Shown in pieces: positions 1 through 12,960 of a stretch of 64,000 nucleotides of DNA. Within the stretch, counting starts at the first letter, position 1; each line of letters starts with the position of its first letter. The position numbers were made by a program, and so were the translations under genes. The stretch is from Dipteris shenzhenensis (lineage: Eukaryota), in the NCBI GenBank assembly GCA_047967505.1, contig CM106538.1; one strand, written 5' to 3'. Under the pieces are notes generated by a model. That model did no database searches and was not told where the DNA came from. It was given only the letters and a program-made list of their open reading frames with translations.

Positions 1-354
1 TCTCACATTAAGATAAGATCTATATCAATTGTCATGCAATGAGAAAGGCTCACATCGTATTTATTCATGCATGTTGGATCTCAAATGAAGAATGCCATTT
101 TTTGCTCTTGTGTTTGTATGTCAATGCGAGCTTTTGCATTCAAATGAGATCTATTGCTCATGGTTGATCGGCATTGGATGAGAAGAGATTAATGTGTGGG
201 AATAGAGTAGTGTGCATGCATATGAGGTTATTGGATGAGGGTGAAAGGCTCAGGTGGTTGTGGGTTCACATAAAATGTGCAAATTTTCAAAAGAGAAGAT
301 AACTAAATATTGTTAAAGAAGATATGATGTCAGAAAGGGATAATTGAGGTTTTT

Positions 355-358
<4 letters not shown>

Positions 359-430
<72 letters not shown>
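359..430. repeat. Compound (TG)n(AG)n microsatellite
   Basis: Directly visible. Similar SSRs occur at 1813-1853, 3481-3505, 4877-4904, 5261-5312, 17220-17288 and 19333-19358. Confidence 0.97.
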
Positions 431-434
<4 letters not shown>

Positions 435-1808
435 GGGGGGGTTGAGCTTTAAAATATCTTCGTCTACTTTGAAGGAGGAGATCATGGTAGCAAGTTTGTG
501 GAAAAAGAAGCATACATCATGGAGGATGTGATACTTGGGGATGCACGTCACCCTCAAATGGCGCTAGTTGACGGGGAAGTCCCTGCCCTCACATGGAAGA
601 CTTGAGGAGGCAACGAGTTAAGCGAAATTGGAGGGTTTTGGGAATATGTATACCCAATGGGCGGGTTCCAAGTGAAAAGTGAGGGAGTGGGGTTGAACAC
701 TGCAGCAAGAACAAGGTGAAAAAAATGTCACCAGGCGTGCCAAAGGGGATGTGAGAGCCTGACTCTTAGATTATGACAAATACGTAAAGCCTCTATCAAG
801 ATACTCTTCGACAGAAGAGTTCTTTGAAGGAGCGTGAAGAATTCCCATAATATAAGAGAGAGAACTCAAAAGAGAGGGGAAGGAGTTGAAAGGGAAGAGA
901 AAAGAAGATAAACAAGATTACTTCTTACTTCGAAGGAGAAAGGAAATGCTCAAATTTACCGTTGAGGGGGGGAGGGGGGGAGAGGAAGAAAGGCAAGGGG
1001 CAAAGTTCGATAAAAGTGGGGGGGGGGGGGGGGGGGGGATAAAATTGAAATTTTGAAAAGCGCGAATTTCGAGTCCGGTCTGAAAGGAGCTTTTACTTTT
1101 AGTTTAATGCCTCAGCTGCGCATACAAACAAAATTCGTGCCAAGAAATCAAAGCCTTTTTCTTTCTTCCTTTTCTTTCTTCTCCATCTCTCTCTCTCTTT
1201 TGCTCTGCCTTTCATTTGTGTTCGAACTCTTCTGGCCTTTTGAATTCCACAGAACGCGGGCTTCCCCTTCCCCACGTTACACCACCTCCCTTGCCTTGCT
1301 TCTTTCCTGTTCTCATGGCGAAGCCTCTCCATTTCTCCACTTCTCCAGTCCTAGCTCGCTTCTTCCCATCTCGTCCATCCATGCAGCAGCCCCGCAACAG
1401 AGAGGTTACACCAGCTCAAGCGCTCTTCTCTCTATGACAGACAAGACGAGCCTTTTGCCTTCACGCTGCACGGCCATCGTTTTCCTCCTGCCTCTGCAAT
1501 TTGCCTTTTTTGCAAAAATTGAATGCATGTGAACACGGACAAAAGGAGAGCGATCGCGATGATTGCATTCACGGGAGACAGGCTTGTAAGACAAAGTTTA
1601 AGCCGCTCGTAGAGACAATGAGAGGTCGCATGTGAAGCGACGGGAAAAACAGACCTGCACTGTAAATTTCATCTATGTGAGCTGCTGGAGGATAAGATTT
1701 TCTGTGCGAGGAGGTGATGCATGGGAATCGCAGAAGACATGCGTGAGCTCAGGCTGCGGATGTCGAAGGGGAGGCCAGCAATGTGGATTGAGCGGTCGAG
1801 AAACAAGG

Positions 1809-1858
<50 letters not shown>

Positions 1859-2547
1859 CCGAGTTGAGCGTTACCCGGAAAATAAGAACGGCGCAAATCT
1901 AAGAGTGACAAATGCCATCTCCTGCTGCGCCTTCTCGAAAGACAATTAAGAATGTACCGCCTTTCGTTCTGCTTCTCGTTCTGTAAAAATGGAACCTGTA
2001 CTCCTTGATCCTTTGGAGTTCGAAGGCCAACAATCTTAATAGCGTCCAGGCGGAAATCGCTGGGAACATCGTTCAACTGATCGTCATCCGACTCCCACAA
2101 ATTTGCAAATGGATCCTGCATTCCTTGATCCTTTGGAGATCGACCAACAATCTCGCTACAGTCCTTGCGGAAGTTGTTAGGAGCATCGCTCGACTGACCG
2201 TCATCCACAAATTTGCTGACCGCTGGTTTATCCTCGGTAGCGCACATGTGAGTGCTCTTGCGTCTCATATGTGGACTGATCATGAGCTTTACAGAAGTTT
2301 TTACTCATAATTCGTTCCTGGCGTAGGTGTGCGGCAGTGCTTGGACAATGTGGACCCCGAGTACCTCGCCTCAAGTCGCTGTTCCACTCCCTAAGGTACT
2401 CGGACGAGATTTCCCTCCTTCGGGGAGACCGCCAGGCTGAGCTCCAATCGATCTGGCAGGTAGCTATTACACGTTTGAGGTGATAACCACTGGTTTCCCG
2501 CATGCATCGTTTCTGGTCACGACACTTATAAAATTTTTTCTGATCAG

Positions 2548-3479
2548 GAAATCGGTGAAGACAAGTATCAGAAGCTTGAAGAGCTCCGGCGACTGGTATC
2601 AGCTGCAGTGGACGACGTATATGAAAAGGTGTGGACTTCTTCTGCTTCTTCACTTCAGAAGACCTTCTTGTGATCGCTTTGCTTCGTCATTCCTTTCTTC
2701 TTGACAGATTGTGGGATTACTTGGCCAAGCAGGCGTTGGAGGATTGCATAAGGCGGAAAATGGATTTAGAAGAACTGGTGATCAAAAGCGAGATTCGATT
2801 AAAGGAGCTTTTGGGATCCAATGCTATGCAGGTGAGCTTTCTTATTTAACAAAGCAAGCATGCTTTATTAACGGTCAAAAGAATCTCACGAGTTTGATTT
2901 TTGCACGAAAGGCAGGCTCGAGGTATACACAGGGGAATTAAGATTTTCATAGACTGCTTCCTTCCACGACATTTTTATGTCCAGTCAGTTGCATTTTCAT
3001 CTCTTTCTCACTTTTTGGTTTAGGAGGAACAGAACTACGTTTCAACTTAGAAAAGCCTTGTGATTAAGTTACTTGGTAGTTGGTTAATGTCAGTATAACC
3101 AGATAGCTAAGTGGATAGACGTGCACACACAAACTTTGTCTTCACTTTCGAATTTTACTAGAAACTTGATATTAAACCTTTGTTTTAGTGCCAATACAAA
3201 TGTGTATGCCAATCAACTTGGTATTAAACCTTTCTTTCAATATAATTGAGGTGTGAATATGCATGTCGTATTACCAGGTAACCTACTATTAATTTGCTTA
3301 GTGCCCTTTCTTTGAAAAAGAGAATATTGAGCCACACATTGACCAACTTGAGGAGGATATTGCTTTCTTTTTGTTGGACATTTTTAGAGCTCTATTGAAA
3401 TTTAGTATGAGGACCTTTGCATAAACATGTATATGTGTGGCACATGCATACTTAAAGGCCTAAATGTACAAAGGTGTCA

Positions 3480-3512
<33 letters not shown>

Positions 3513-4873
3513 AGTTACATAAGGAAATCAAGAGCCCAAGGCATGCCTTCAGCATATACATTTCTAAAATTGGCAAGCAAACCAATGAGGTATTGCCTTC
3601 CATCAACTCAATTTATGTCTACTTTGAATGAAATGGTCAATACATAAGGTGATAACACAACAAGATGATGTCATTGACTCTACATAACACAAAGTAGTTC
3701 AAGTAGTTCAAGACAAGAGAGAGGAATTGTAGGATCAAGAGGAGCAAAAGATGACCCTTAGTAAACCTAAAGAAGGCAGTTGTACAATGCATTACATGGT
3801 CCTTGTTAGTTGAATTCAATCTATTGACAAAGCGGGAAAGCAAGCAATTTAATAGTTTGGTTCGTGAGAGGAAAAAATCAAATACCTTACAAGCCAATAA
3901 GCTAAACGCACACAAGTGTATATCTTGGATGATCTCACTCTAGCTCACCTCAAGCAAAGACTAGCTGAATTGGAAAAGATGCAAGTTAGGAAAGCAAGAA
4001 AATGGGAAGTAAGTATATGGAGTAAGTTGGACAATCATTAAAGACTTTAAACTCGAGCCAAAGAACATGCAATCCATAACTGATGTGAAAAAGTTAAAAG
4101 AAAGAGACTGTTAGCTCTATGATACAATGATAAGTATATATATACTTTTTGGCACTCCAATGTTGGATTATGGACTCATATACCCTTGTTGATCCCATAG
4201 GATTTTGGCCTTTTGTGGGTGCTAGTAAACTTGTGTGTGTGTTCTCGATTTCTGCGTGCTCATTAGATAGATTATCTTGCATACTTGTCTTACAAAGCAA
4301 TTTTCTGATGTCAGAAGCTAGGAAAGATAGGAAGTATATGGAGAAATTTTATTAAACCCAAACCAAAGGACACTCAGTCCATAACTGATGTGAAAAAGTG
4401 AAAGTGAAAATGAATGTTAGCTCTATGATAGAATGAGTAGGAATGTTTTTTTGGGACAATCCTTTGGACTCCATGTACCCTTGTTGAGTCTCATATATCA
4501 TTTTGGCCTTTCATGGATGCTAGTAAACTTGTGTATGTGTGTGTGTTTGATTGTTTGCAAGCTCATCAGATAGATTATCCTGCATATGTGTCTTACAATG
4601 CTATTAAATGATGTTGTAATCGCATGTTCCCGATCTAGGGATTGCCCTTTGTAAAATAAAGCTAGATAGATTTCACTAACAAAAAGTGTGTGCTCACGTG
4701 CTTTTCTATGGGTAGATAGGTGGTTGACGGAGCCTTACTTTGTGAGAGGTTAGATTTTTGACCTTGGACCTTTCAAAATATACCCTTGAGGATGGTTAAA
4801 GGGGAATGAAACTCATGTCCTATTTGCATAGGCATAGGCTCCATTACAATAGGGTATGGCATTGAAGGTATGC

Positions 4874-4911
<38 letters not shown>

Positions 4912-5258
4912 GGTTGTATTCAAAACCGTGTGAGACCCTTTAGGATCTATGGGACTGACGATCACTATCAACTAATAGTGATCCTTTACATCCAGCGAGA
5001 AAATTAGAGACTTGTTATGTAGTGAGTACTTGTTGGACTGGCTTGTGTGCTAGTCCTAGCAGAGAGAGATTTTGGTAGGTTAAGGTACAAATGGTTAAAA
5101 TTGACAATTCATTTGACAAAGATAGTAGACACTCATCCTAGACAGTTGGTGCAAGGGAGATGAGGATAGCTTTCAAAATATAAAGGGAAATGGAACTCAT
5201 GTCCTATTTGCATAGGCATAGGCTCCATTACAATGGGGTATAGTCTTGAAGGTACGCA

Positions 5259-5314
<56 letters not shown>

Positions 5315-8300
5315 CTGTTTTGGAAGGCTATGGTATAGCGTAAATGGTAGAACATTGATAATCAGATAACAAATGCTTGTCCTAGAGGGTTGTTGTGAGG
5401 AGATGAGACCTCTTGGCATTAAGGAACCGTTTTTGGAGAATAAGCTATACATTTTGTGAAAACAATGTTGCTTGTCTCTTTTAGTCAAGGTTGAGACCAT
5501 CATTGAGGAGTTTCCAACAGGATGCAATATTGGTAATGGATAGTGCTCTAATTGTCTAGGCTGTCCGAAGTAGCTCCCTCTAGTGGATTATAGCTTGTGT
5601 TTGGAGTTCTCTTAGGCAAGTCGCTAGGTGGATCAAGGGTCTAGGCTCTATGAATCTTTGCGTAACATATGGAGTGGAGCTCTTGATATGAAGGTGGGAA
5701 TATCTTGCCATCAAGCTCTCTTTTATCAAGAATAAGTGTTTGTGACGCTACGAACTGGACAAATCAGTGAACACTATTGTTGTGTGCCTCTCTAAGTCCG
5801 GGGAAGGTCTTGAACAAAGGAGGATTGTGATATCCTGTGAGAGGGTGTGATATTTTGGTATTATTTGAAGTAGTACTTTGCGGCATATGGATGTTGGTTT
5901 GTGATAGGGTTCTTCTAGAGAACTCAGATAAATTAGGTCGTGTATAGGTCCTATAGGACCCTCCATACAAGAATGAAATCCTTCTTTTTTTCCCTGTTGC
6001 ACACACAAATGCATTGCTAGTAGGGCAGATATGATAAAATTACCTCTTTGAAATCCTTGATTGAACTGTACAAATGATGAGTGAAAACTGTGTATTTATT
6101 TACATGGGTAAGATGGAAGGGTTTTGTATGGTCATTTAGAGTCTCTTTTCACTATTCTGCCCAACCCATTCCCTTCTATAAGTGTTTTGCATGTGAATAC
6201 TGTGCAATTTTCTAATACATCAATCATATTTCTCACTGGTGATTGCAGGCAATTGCATTAAAGGAGCTACCTCTGCAGGCCCGTCTAAGTGTGAATATGG
6301 CACGTTTGCAAGATCTAGATAATGCTAGGATGGGTGGCTATGGTTGGGTTGGAGGACTCGTAGTGTTGGTGGAGCTCCGGCATAGGGTTGCAGCACTCCG
6401 AGAAATGCTTAGACTCCCCCCATGTGACACCTCTGCTGACCTTGATGAGGTCTTACAGAACCCCTCTCTCATGTATTTAATTTAACAAAATGGCAACAGC
6501 ATAATGTTGAGTCATTAGATATGCATTGCAATTGAACACCTGCTGAGAACCTCACCTGTTATATGTACCCTTCGTCAATGATCTCTCTCGAAAGCATTGC
6601 TACTTAGTTTTTGCTGGCTTACCAAGACTCTTACTTGATTTGATTCATCTTTCTCTTGTCCTAACTTTGGATATGGATTTAAAAAAAACACTTTGGATAT
6701 GGTTTATTTGTGAATATGAATTTGAATGCTGAATTAGGAATTTATGGAATCTCCAGGTACTTGCTAGTACAACTGAAGCACTACACAATTTGTGCCCAGG
6801 AAAAGTGTCTTCAATTCCATCCTTCCTATCATCCAAAAGTGAACAAAAACCAATATTTCAGGTATATGGAATGAAAAATATGCCCAAGGGTAGATTCTTT
6901 TATGAGATAGATACTGCTGGACCAGATGTGTTAAACATGTATTCGTTCCAAGATGTGAATAGACATCGCTTATGACTACACAATGACCGCATATTGCTCT
7001 GTATGTTCATGTTCAGTCCATTGCTGAGGGAGGGAAAAGTAGAGAGAATTATTTATAACCCACACACACATTCATAAATGCAATAACATCCAATATGACA
7101 AATTTCAAAGAATTGGTCTGATGGTTATTGAAAATCTTTTCAATGCTAAAGTAGTTAGCATTCAGTGTTTATTATAGCTGCAGCTGTACCAAGCATTGTG
7201 TCTATCATAGGTACATATGTTGTGTAGGATGTATTACACACGAAGTTTACTATACATGATTTATTTATTATGTATCTATATCTGCATACTTGTGTGTCTA
7301 TGAGTCTCCATACAAGCAATTCTTCACAGCTAGAAATATACACAGAGGTGAAGGCCAGTGAATACTACGGATATGCATCTGTATAAGTATGCATCCATTC
7401 ATTGGCTTATATGTCTTTGCATATTTACCTTAAAAAACCTTATCTGTGCAACTGTAATCTGCATGTTCTTTGCATGGCTTAGTCTATAAGCATCCTTCTG
7501 CATGTAGTTCAGGACTCTCACAAAATTTTCAAAGTAAAAGCTCTTTTAAGGACATGAGCATTGTTTGTGAACAGCGGCTGCAGGGGTTTTATCAGACACT
7601 CTGTGCTATGGAGAATGTTTGGGTGGATTCCTTTGCTTCCAAGGTTTGTTCTTGTACCAAAGTAAATCTTAGGTATTCAATGCTTCATTACTGGAAGCAT
7701 GCATGCTACTGTGGGCAGCAGGTTCATGCTGAAGAACTGCTGTCCTAGACTAGGCTGACCTCAAATTATGGAGGCTATAGGAATCATTTATCTTGATAAA
7801 TGCATGTTTTCATATTTGGGGCAGTTTTATTCTGTGTATGATCTTTAGATCATTAACCTTTCTGGTTTTCTCAGGTGATGAATTTAGTTCAGTTTGTAGG
7901 CGTAAATGCTGGGCAGACAGCAAACACTGTTGAACAGGAATAACTTTGTTATTTTCAAATTTGAACAGGATGTAGAACAAGCTTACGATTTTTTCCATTG
8001 CACTGAGATGTCTGCTCGAATGCGTTTGCAAGGTAACCCTCCTGTATGTCAACCTCTTTCAACCTCCAATGAGAATTTCAGTACTTGACCTTACAATTTC
8101 TTTGAACCGTCTCAGAGTTTGAAGAGATGAAGGATGCCAGGAAAAGGAGTCTGGAAATTCTGTTTGATGAAAGCAGCAGTTTACAATCAACTACTGTTGC
8201 CCCTTTTGGGTGCACTGTAAAACGTTCTAGCTCAAGGTTTGGATATAAGAGCAAGGACAATAAGCAATCCAAACACTATTCAGAAGAGGCTTCTACACTG

Positions 8301-10433
8301 GAACATCTTAGTAAGTATTATTTTGTAAAGCTGGCCTATCATGTCTAAGCTGCATGAGCCAGCAGTTTTTGGGACTGAATCTCACGTGTACCTGTTTGTA
8401 TTTGACACAGGTCGCAAAATTTTAAAGAAATTAGAGGATATCAACAGGCAAGTGAAATGTGCAGCCCACCCAATTGGTGACGTCTTCAGCCCTTGTTCAT
8501 CATACTCACGAAGCTCAGAAATTGATTATTCTCCATCTTCAAGGACTATAGAAAGATCTGAAAGTTCAAAGAGTTTTTGTACACCATTGCAATCAACATC
8601 TGTGTCTCCATCTTCAGAAGATAATGGAGCAGATACTCCAACCTCTGTTTTACCTGAAATAACAAAGGCATCAAGTCCTAGCTACCATTTAAGTATAGGG
8701 ATTAAACCCTCAATTTGGCCAGCATCAGCTGCTTTAGTTTGCGACAAAACAATCCCTTCAACTAGGGATCCATGTCAGCGTCAAGATCAGTCAGTGGCCC
8801 TTGATACATGCTGGGGCCCACAAGATGCAAAAGATTCAGACAAAACTGAAGTTGGGGGAGAGGATAGTCTAGCAAGTGGCGGTATTTCAGCTAATGTCAA
8901 TGGAAACAGACCTTCAGATCTGGTTTTGGTTATCCAGAAGGATACTGCAATGAAAGAGTCTCAGAGTGCCACAAGTCCCTGTAGCGAGAGATGGCCTTTG
9001 TTGTCAATCACAAACAACCAAAGAAACTCTTCTCTCAGTGCAATCAAAACAGAACTGCAAGTATCATCTCCTTCACCTCCGCCTCCCCCACCGCCTCCCC
9101 CTCCACCCCCACCCCCTCCCCCTCCCAGAGGAAAATTAGCACGACCTTGTAAATCAGCCAAGCTCAAGAGGTCAACTACAATAAGCAGGACATACATGGG
9201 TATGAAGAGAAAAGTGGAAGGCACGGCTTGTATCCAGTCACCGACGACTGATGTAGGACTACCACGTCGATCAATTGTTGGAGCTAGTACACGAGAAGGC
9301 ATGGCTGAGGCTCTGGCAGAAATTACAAGAAGGCAAGCTTTCATCTATGTATCATTAATTCTCTGCAATTTTTGCTCATGAAGAAAATCATAAATTTCTA
9401 TTGAACATTTTCTCATCGTGATTTTCTTCTTGTTGCCCCAGATCATCATACTTTAGGAAGATTGAGGATGATGTACATCAGCATGCAACTTCTATATTGG
9501 AGGTGAAATCAGGACTGGAGTCATTTGAAACCTCTGATATGCAGAAGCTGTTGAGATTTCATGAAAGGATTGAGGCTCGTCTAGAGCAGCTTACTGATGA
9601 GTCTCAGGTGAACATACAAACATGTTAGTCATTGAAATGCAGCAAAAATTTTCACTCTATGTCACATTTGGCAGAATATGGCTACAGCCAGTTTTTATCC
9701 TTGCAGGTATTAGCACGCTTCGAAGGGTTTCCAGTGAAAAAGCTTGAGACTGTACGAGCAGCCGCATCTCTATACCTGAGACTAAGCTCCTTAGTACAGC
9801 AGATTGAGAACTGGTCTGTTGAACCTCCCATATCAGAGCAACTTGAAAAAGTCACTGGTTTCTTTGACAAGGTATAAAGATTACATTTTCTTCAGTGTAT
9901 AGGCAGTTCAATATGTTGAAGTTTTAACTTATGATTTTTTTAAATCTCAGGTGAAGACAGATGTAGAGGGTATCGAGAGGACAAAAGATGAAGATCTTCA
10001 ACGTTTTATCAATCAAAAGATTCACTTCAGTTTTGAAATCATTACTCGTATCAAGGAAGCAGTGGTTGATCTTTCTTCTCGGTGCTTAGCATTAGCATTG
10101 AAGGTTTGTTGGAGGGTTCAGACATTCTGCATACGGTGGGGTTTTGCAATTATCGAAATTTCTGCAAATTTCAGTAATGCTTTCAACCCTGGATTGCAGG
10201 ATAGCAAGAGGACAAAGGCAAGCTTCATAGTTGACGAGGATGTCATTTCATCCAAAGACATGAACAAACTGAGAAGCAGCTTTCAAATGCTGTGGAAAGC
10301 ATTTCAATTAGCATTCCGGGTCCACAATTTTGCAGGAGGGCATGATGACAAAGCTGAGCAATTGTCTTCTGACCTAGCTCATGAGATGGAGACCTACCCC
10401 TCTACTTTTTGGCTAGAACTTGTAAACAAATAG
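2548..10433 (+). CDS. Multi-exon At4g04980-like / CHUP1-related proline-rich coiled-coil protein
   Basis: Exons read from splice sites and frame continuity: 2548-2628/2630, 2708-2831, 6249-6449 (VELRHRVAALREMLRLPPCD), 6757-6861, 7575-7643, 7969-8032, 8116-8310, 8411-9332 (polyPro, KLKRS, GMAEALAEIT), 9442-9607 (SSYFRKIEDDV...EQLTDESQ), 9707-9871 (VLARFEGFPVKKLE), 9951-10103, 10200-10433 (FAFRVHNFAGGHD-like motif, stop TAG). The C-terminal motifs match the CHUP1-like C-terminal domain. The 5' end and the small middle exons are less certain. Confidence 0.85.
4070..4615. repeat. Diverged ~305-bp tandem duplication inside the long intron
   Basis: tccataactgatgtgaaaaag...gttagctctatgata...gctagtaaacttgtgt...tagattatc occurs at ~4073-4310 and again at ~4378-4615. 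Confidence 0.85.
5300..6000 (-). mobile_element. Possible highly decayed LINE fragment in the intron
   Basis: Short broken minus-strand ORFs of LINE-like composition; no diagnostic motif survives intact. Confidence 0.3.
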
Positions 10434-12960
10434 TAAGCTTTGGACAGAAGTCCTATGTGACTAATCAACTTTTTGGAAGGTGCTCCAGTATATGTAACTC
10501 CTTTTGTCAAAAGTTGGAGCTTAACATGTGAGAACATGATCATTGGGGTGCGCATAAGAGTATATTGTTGCTGTTACTGTGTTGTGGTCACAACGAAAGT
10601 CTCAAAGGAAGAATCTTGGCTATAATGGAGTGATGGCATTCACTGGATTATTTATTATGCATTACTGGCAAATGGTCTGAAGTTGACTGAGCAGCTGAAT
10701 ATCAAAGATAAATGATCTTTAAGGTATGCTGAGTCATGTCTAGACTCTACTCTACTATATATTATTTTTACGTAGTTCCAAGGAAGCAAATAATCGTATA
10801 AACAGAGGAACAATGTCCTCTATGCATTGAGTTGTCTCCTTTTTAAACTATAAACGATCTTATAAATAGAGGAACAACCTCCTCTATGCATGAAGTCATC
10901 TGCTTTTTAGATAACACTGGGTAAGTGCAAGGAAAATAATTATTTCGACGAGGAACAATCATATGATTTAAGTATGCTAATGTACTGGAATCATGCCTGT
11001 AACAGCCCAATCTCTTAAAGCATTTCCAGTCTCTGCACCCATGTAAGAGCTCTAGATTCGCTTGAGAAACTGCCTTACGGTCCAGTGTAATACTTGGTAG
11101 CTGCCCTGTTTCAGATAAGTGTGCCGATAAACAGTGATTCTACCTCCCATAACTATTGAGCAATTTTTCTTTGGGAGGGAACACATTGTCAGGAAGGTGA
11201 AGGCCTCAACCACCCTCTTTGTGTTTTGAACACTCTGATGCGGAGGAGGGTGGGTCCCTCAACCACCAAGCTTTGGAATCTGTATGAAAGACCTCCATGG
11301 ATAAGTGCAAACTATGTTAAAGTTCCAGGTTCTGTATTGAAGGCCTCCATGGATAATTGCAGCCAATACAACTCTTCAGCGCTGTATTGGTAGTTTTACT
11401 TTTCTATATCGAAGGCCTCCATGGATAATTTGCTAAGTCTGTATACATCACTCCAGATGCTAAAAGGCAGGGAGGCATGCTAAATTGTATTTTCTGCATT
11501 TATAACAAGCAGTGCAGCCCAGCAACTCATCTGCTGCACTACTACGCAGATGTGAGCATTCTCACTAGTGTCTCGGTTAGAATTTAATAAAGATATGAGC
11601 TTGATGAGCTTATGAGCTTAGAGAATTTGCCAGATATGAGCTTGGTTAAAATTTAATAAAGATATGGATTAAAAATTTGCTAGAGAAGGTATGTAGAAGG
11701 AAATTGGAAGATTTTTAATCATTGGCATACTTGGCTTAAACTTCTATGAAGTTATCAGTTTGGCACATTTAAAATTTGCACGTAAGATATGCTATTAGGG
11801 ACAACTTGATAACTTAATGGAAATTTCATACCTTACCTCGAGAACCAATTCCGATTAGTTAAAGATGACCTTAACAAGGGAATTGATTCCCTTTGGTACT
11901 AGACTATGTTATGCACTAAAGTGGTCTTTATTAAAGCTTTCAGGGCTTTTTGTTTGTACAAAATGGTTTATTTCATCAATTCAAAGTCCATTCTTTAAAG
12001 TTAAGGTTACAATGGGTTCATCTTTTCAAGACCCTTCAAATGAGTACCCATGTTATATAGTTCTGAGTTGATCTTGACCATGAAAATTTCTTAACAAGAA
12101 TCTTGCTTAAAGTGGCACCGGCACTCCTACTGCTCACCCTTACCTTGAGTGTTAAATTTCTACATTTGAACTTCTTTTTCACTAGAGTCCTTAAAGCATC
12201 TCTTTTTGGGGGTTTAAATTTGCAAGCATTTAACAAGCAGACTATTTAAATGCCAGTGGGAATGCACACTTATGTGGACACTGCATTGACAGCTTTAACT
12301 AGTGTGCCCGAACTGGTAGTGGGAATAGGCCCTTAGTCAAACTTTTGAAACACACTCATCAAAAGGCACTGATATCGGTTGCATTGCGGTTGTTTGTCTG
12401 TATGGCAAGTACATATTTATTATTCTCCAACAACAAAACATCAAAGAACAATTGGTGGTGTGCCGTGGCTTTGAAAAATTAGCCACAAGGGGTACTTTAG
12501 GACATGTTAAAAGACTCCTGATGTCTGTAAGGAACGTGTTCTCTTACTGGAACATGACTGTGGAACACGAGGACGAGCAAAATAATTGCATTAGGTCCTC
12601 CACACTGCCTAGGTCCTAAAATAAGCAACTTACCCCTAGAGTCCGAAAATGAACACGAAAAGCTTGGTACTGAATAATCATTATTACACTACCTTCACTG
12701 CATAGGAAGGGACATCAGAAGAAGTCGAGCACTGGAAAAAAGACGTGCTGGACTTCATCCATGGTTTTGTGTGAGACATCTAAATTGGGGTGAAAGAATA
12801 GGCTGTACAAAGGTACATTTTTGAGGAGCAGCGTTTCCAAAATGAAGCTACACCAGGGGTCTGTGTGATGAACTATTTTTGATAGTGAAGATGATGATCG
12901 AGCAGAAGAAGTATTGGGCTGAAAGAGAAGACTGTGCAGAGATCCCATCAAAGTTGTTGC

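Noticed and set aside
1669-2283. 204-aa minus-strand ORF
   Set aside because: It runs through a (CT)n microsatellite, is antisense to the probable leader of the CHUP1-like gene, and has no recognisable domain.
8961-9344. Poly-Gly minus-strand ORF
   Set aside because: It is the antisense shadow of the poly-Pro exon of the CHUP1-like gene.
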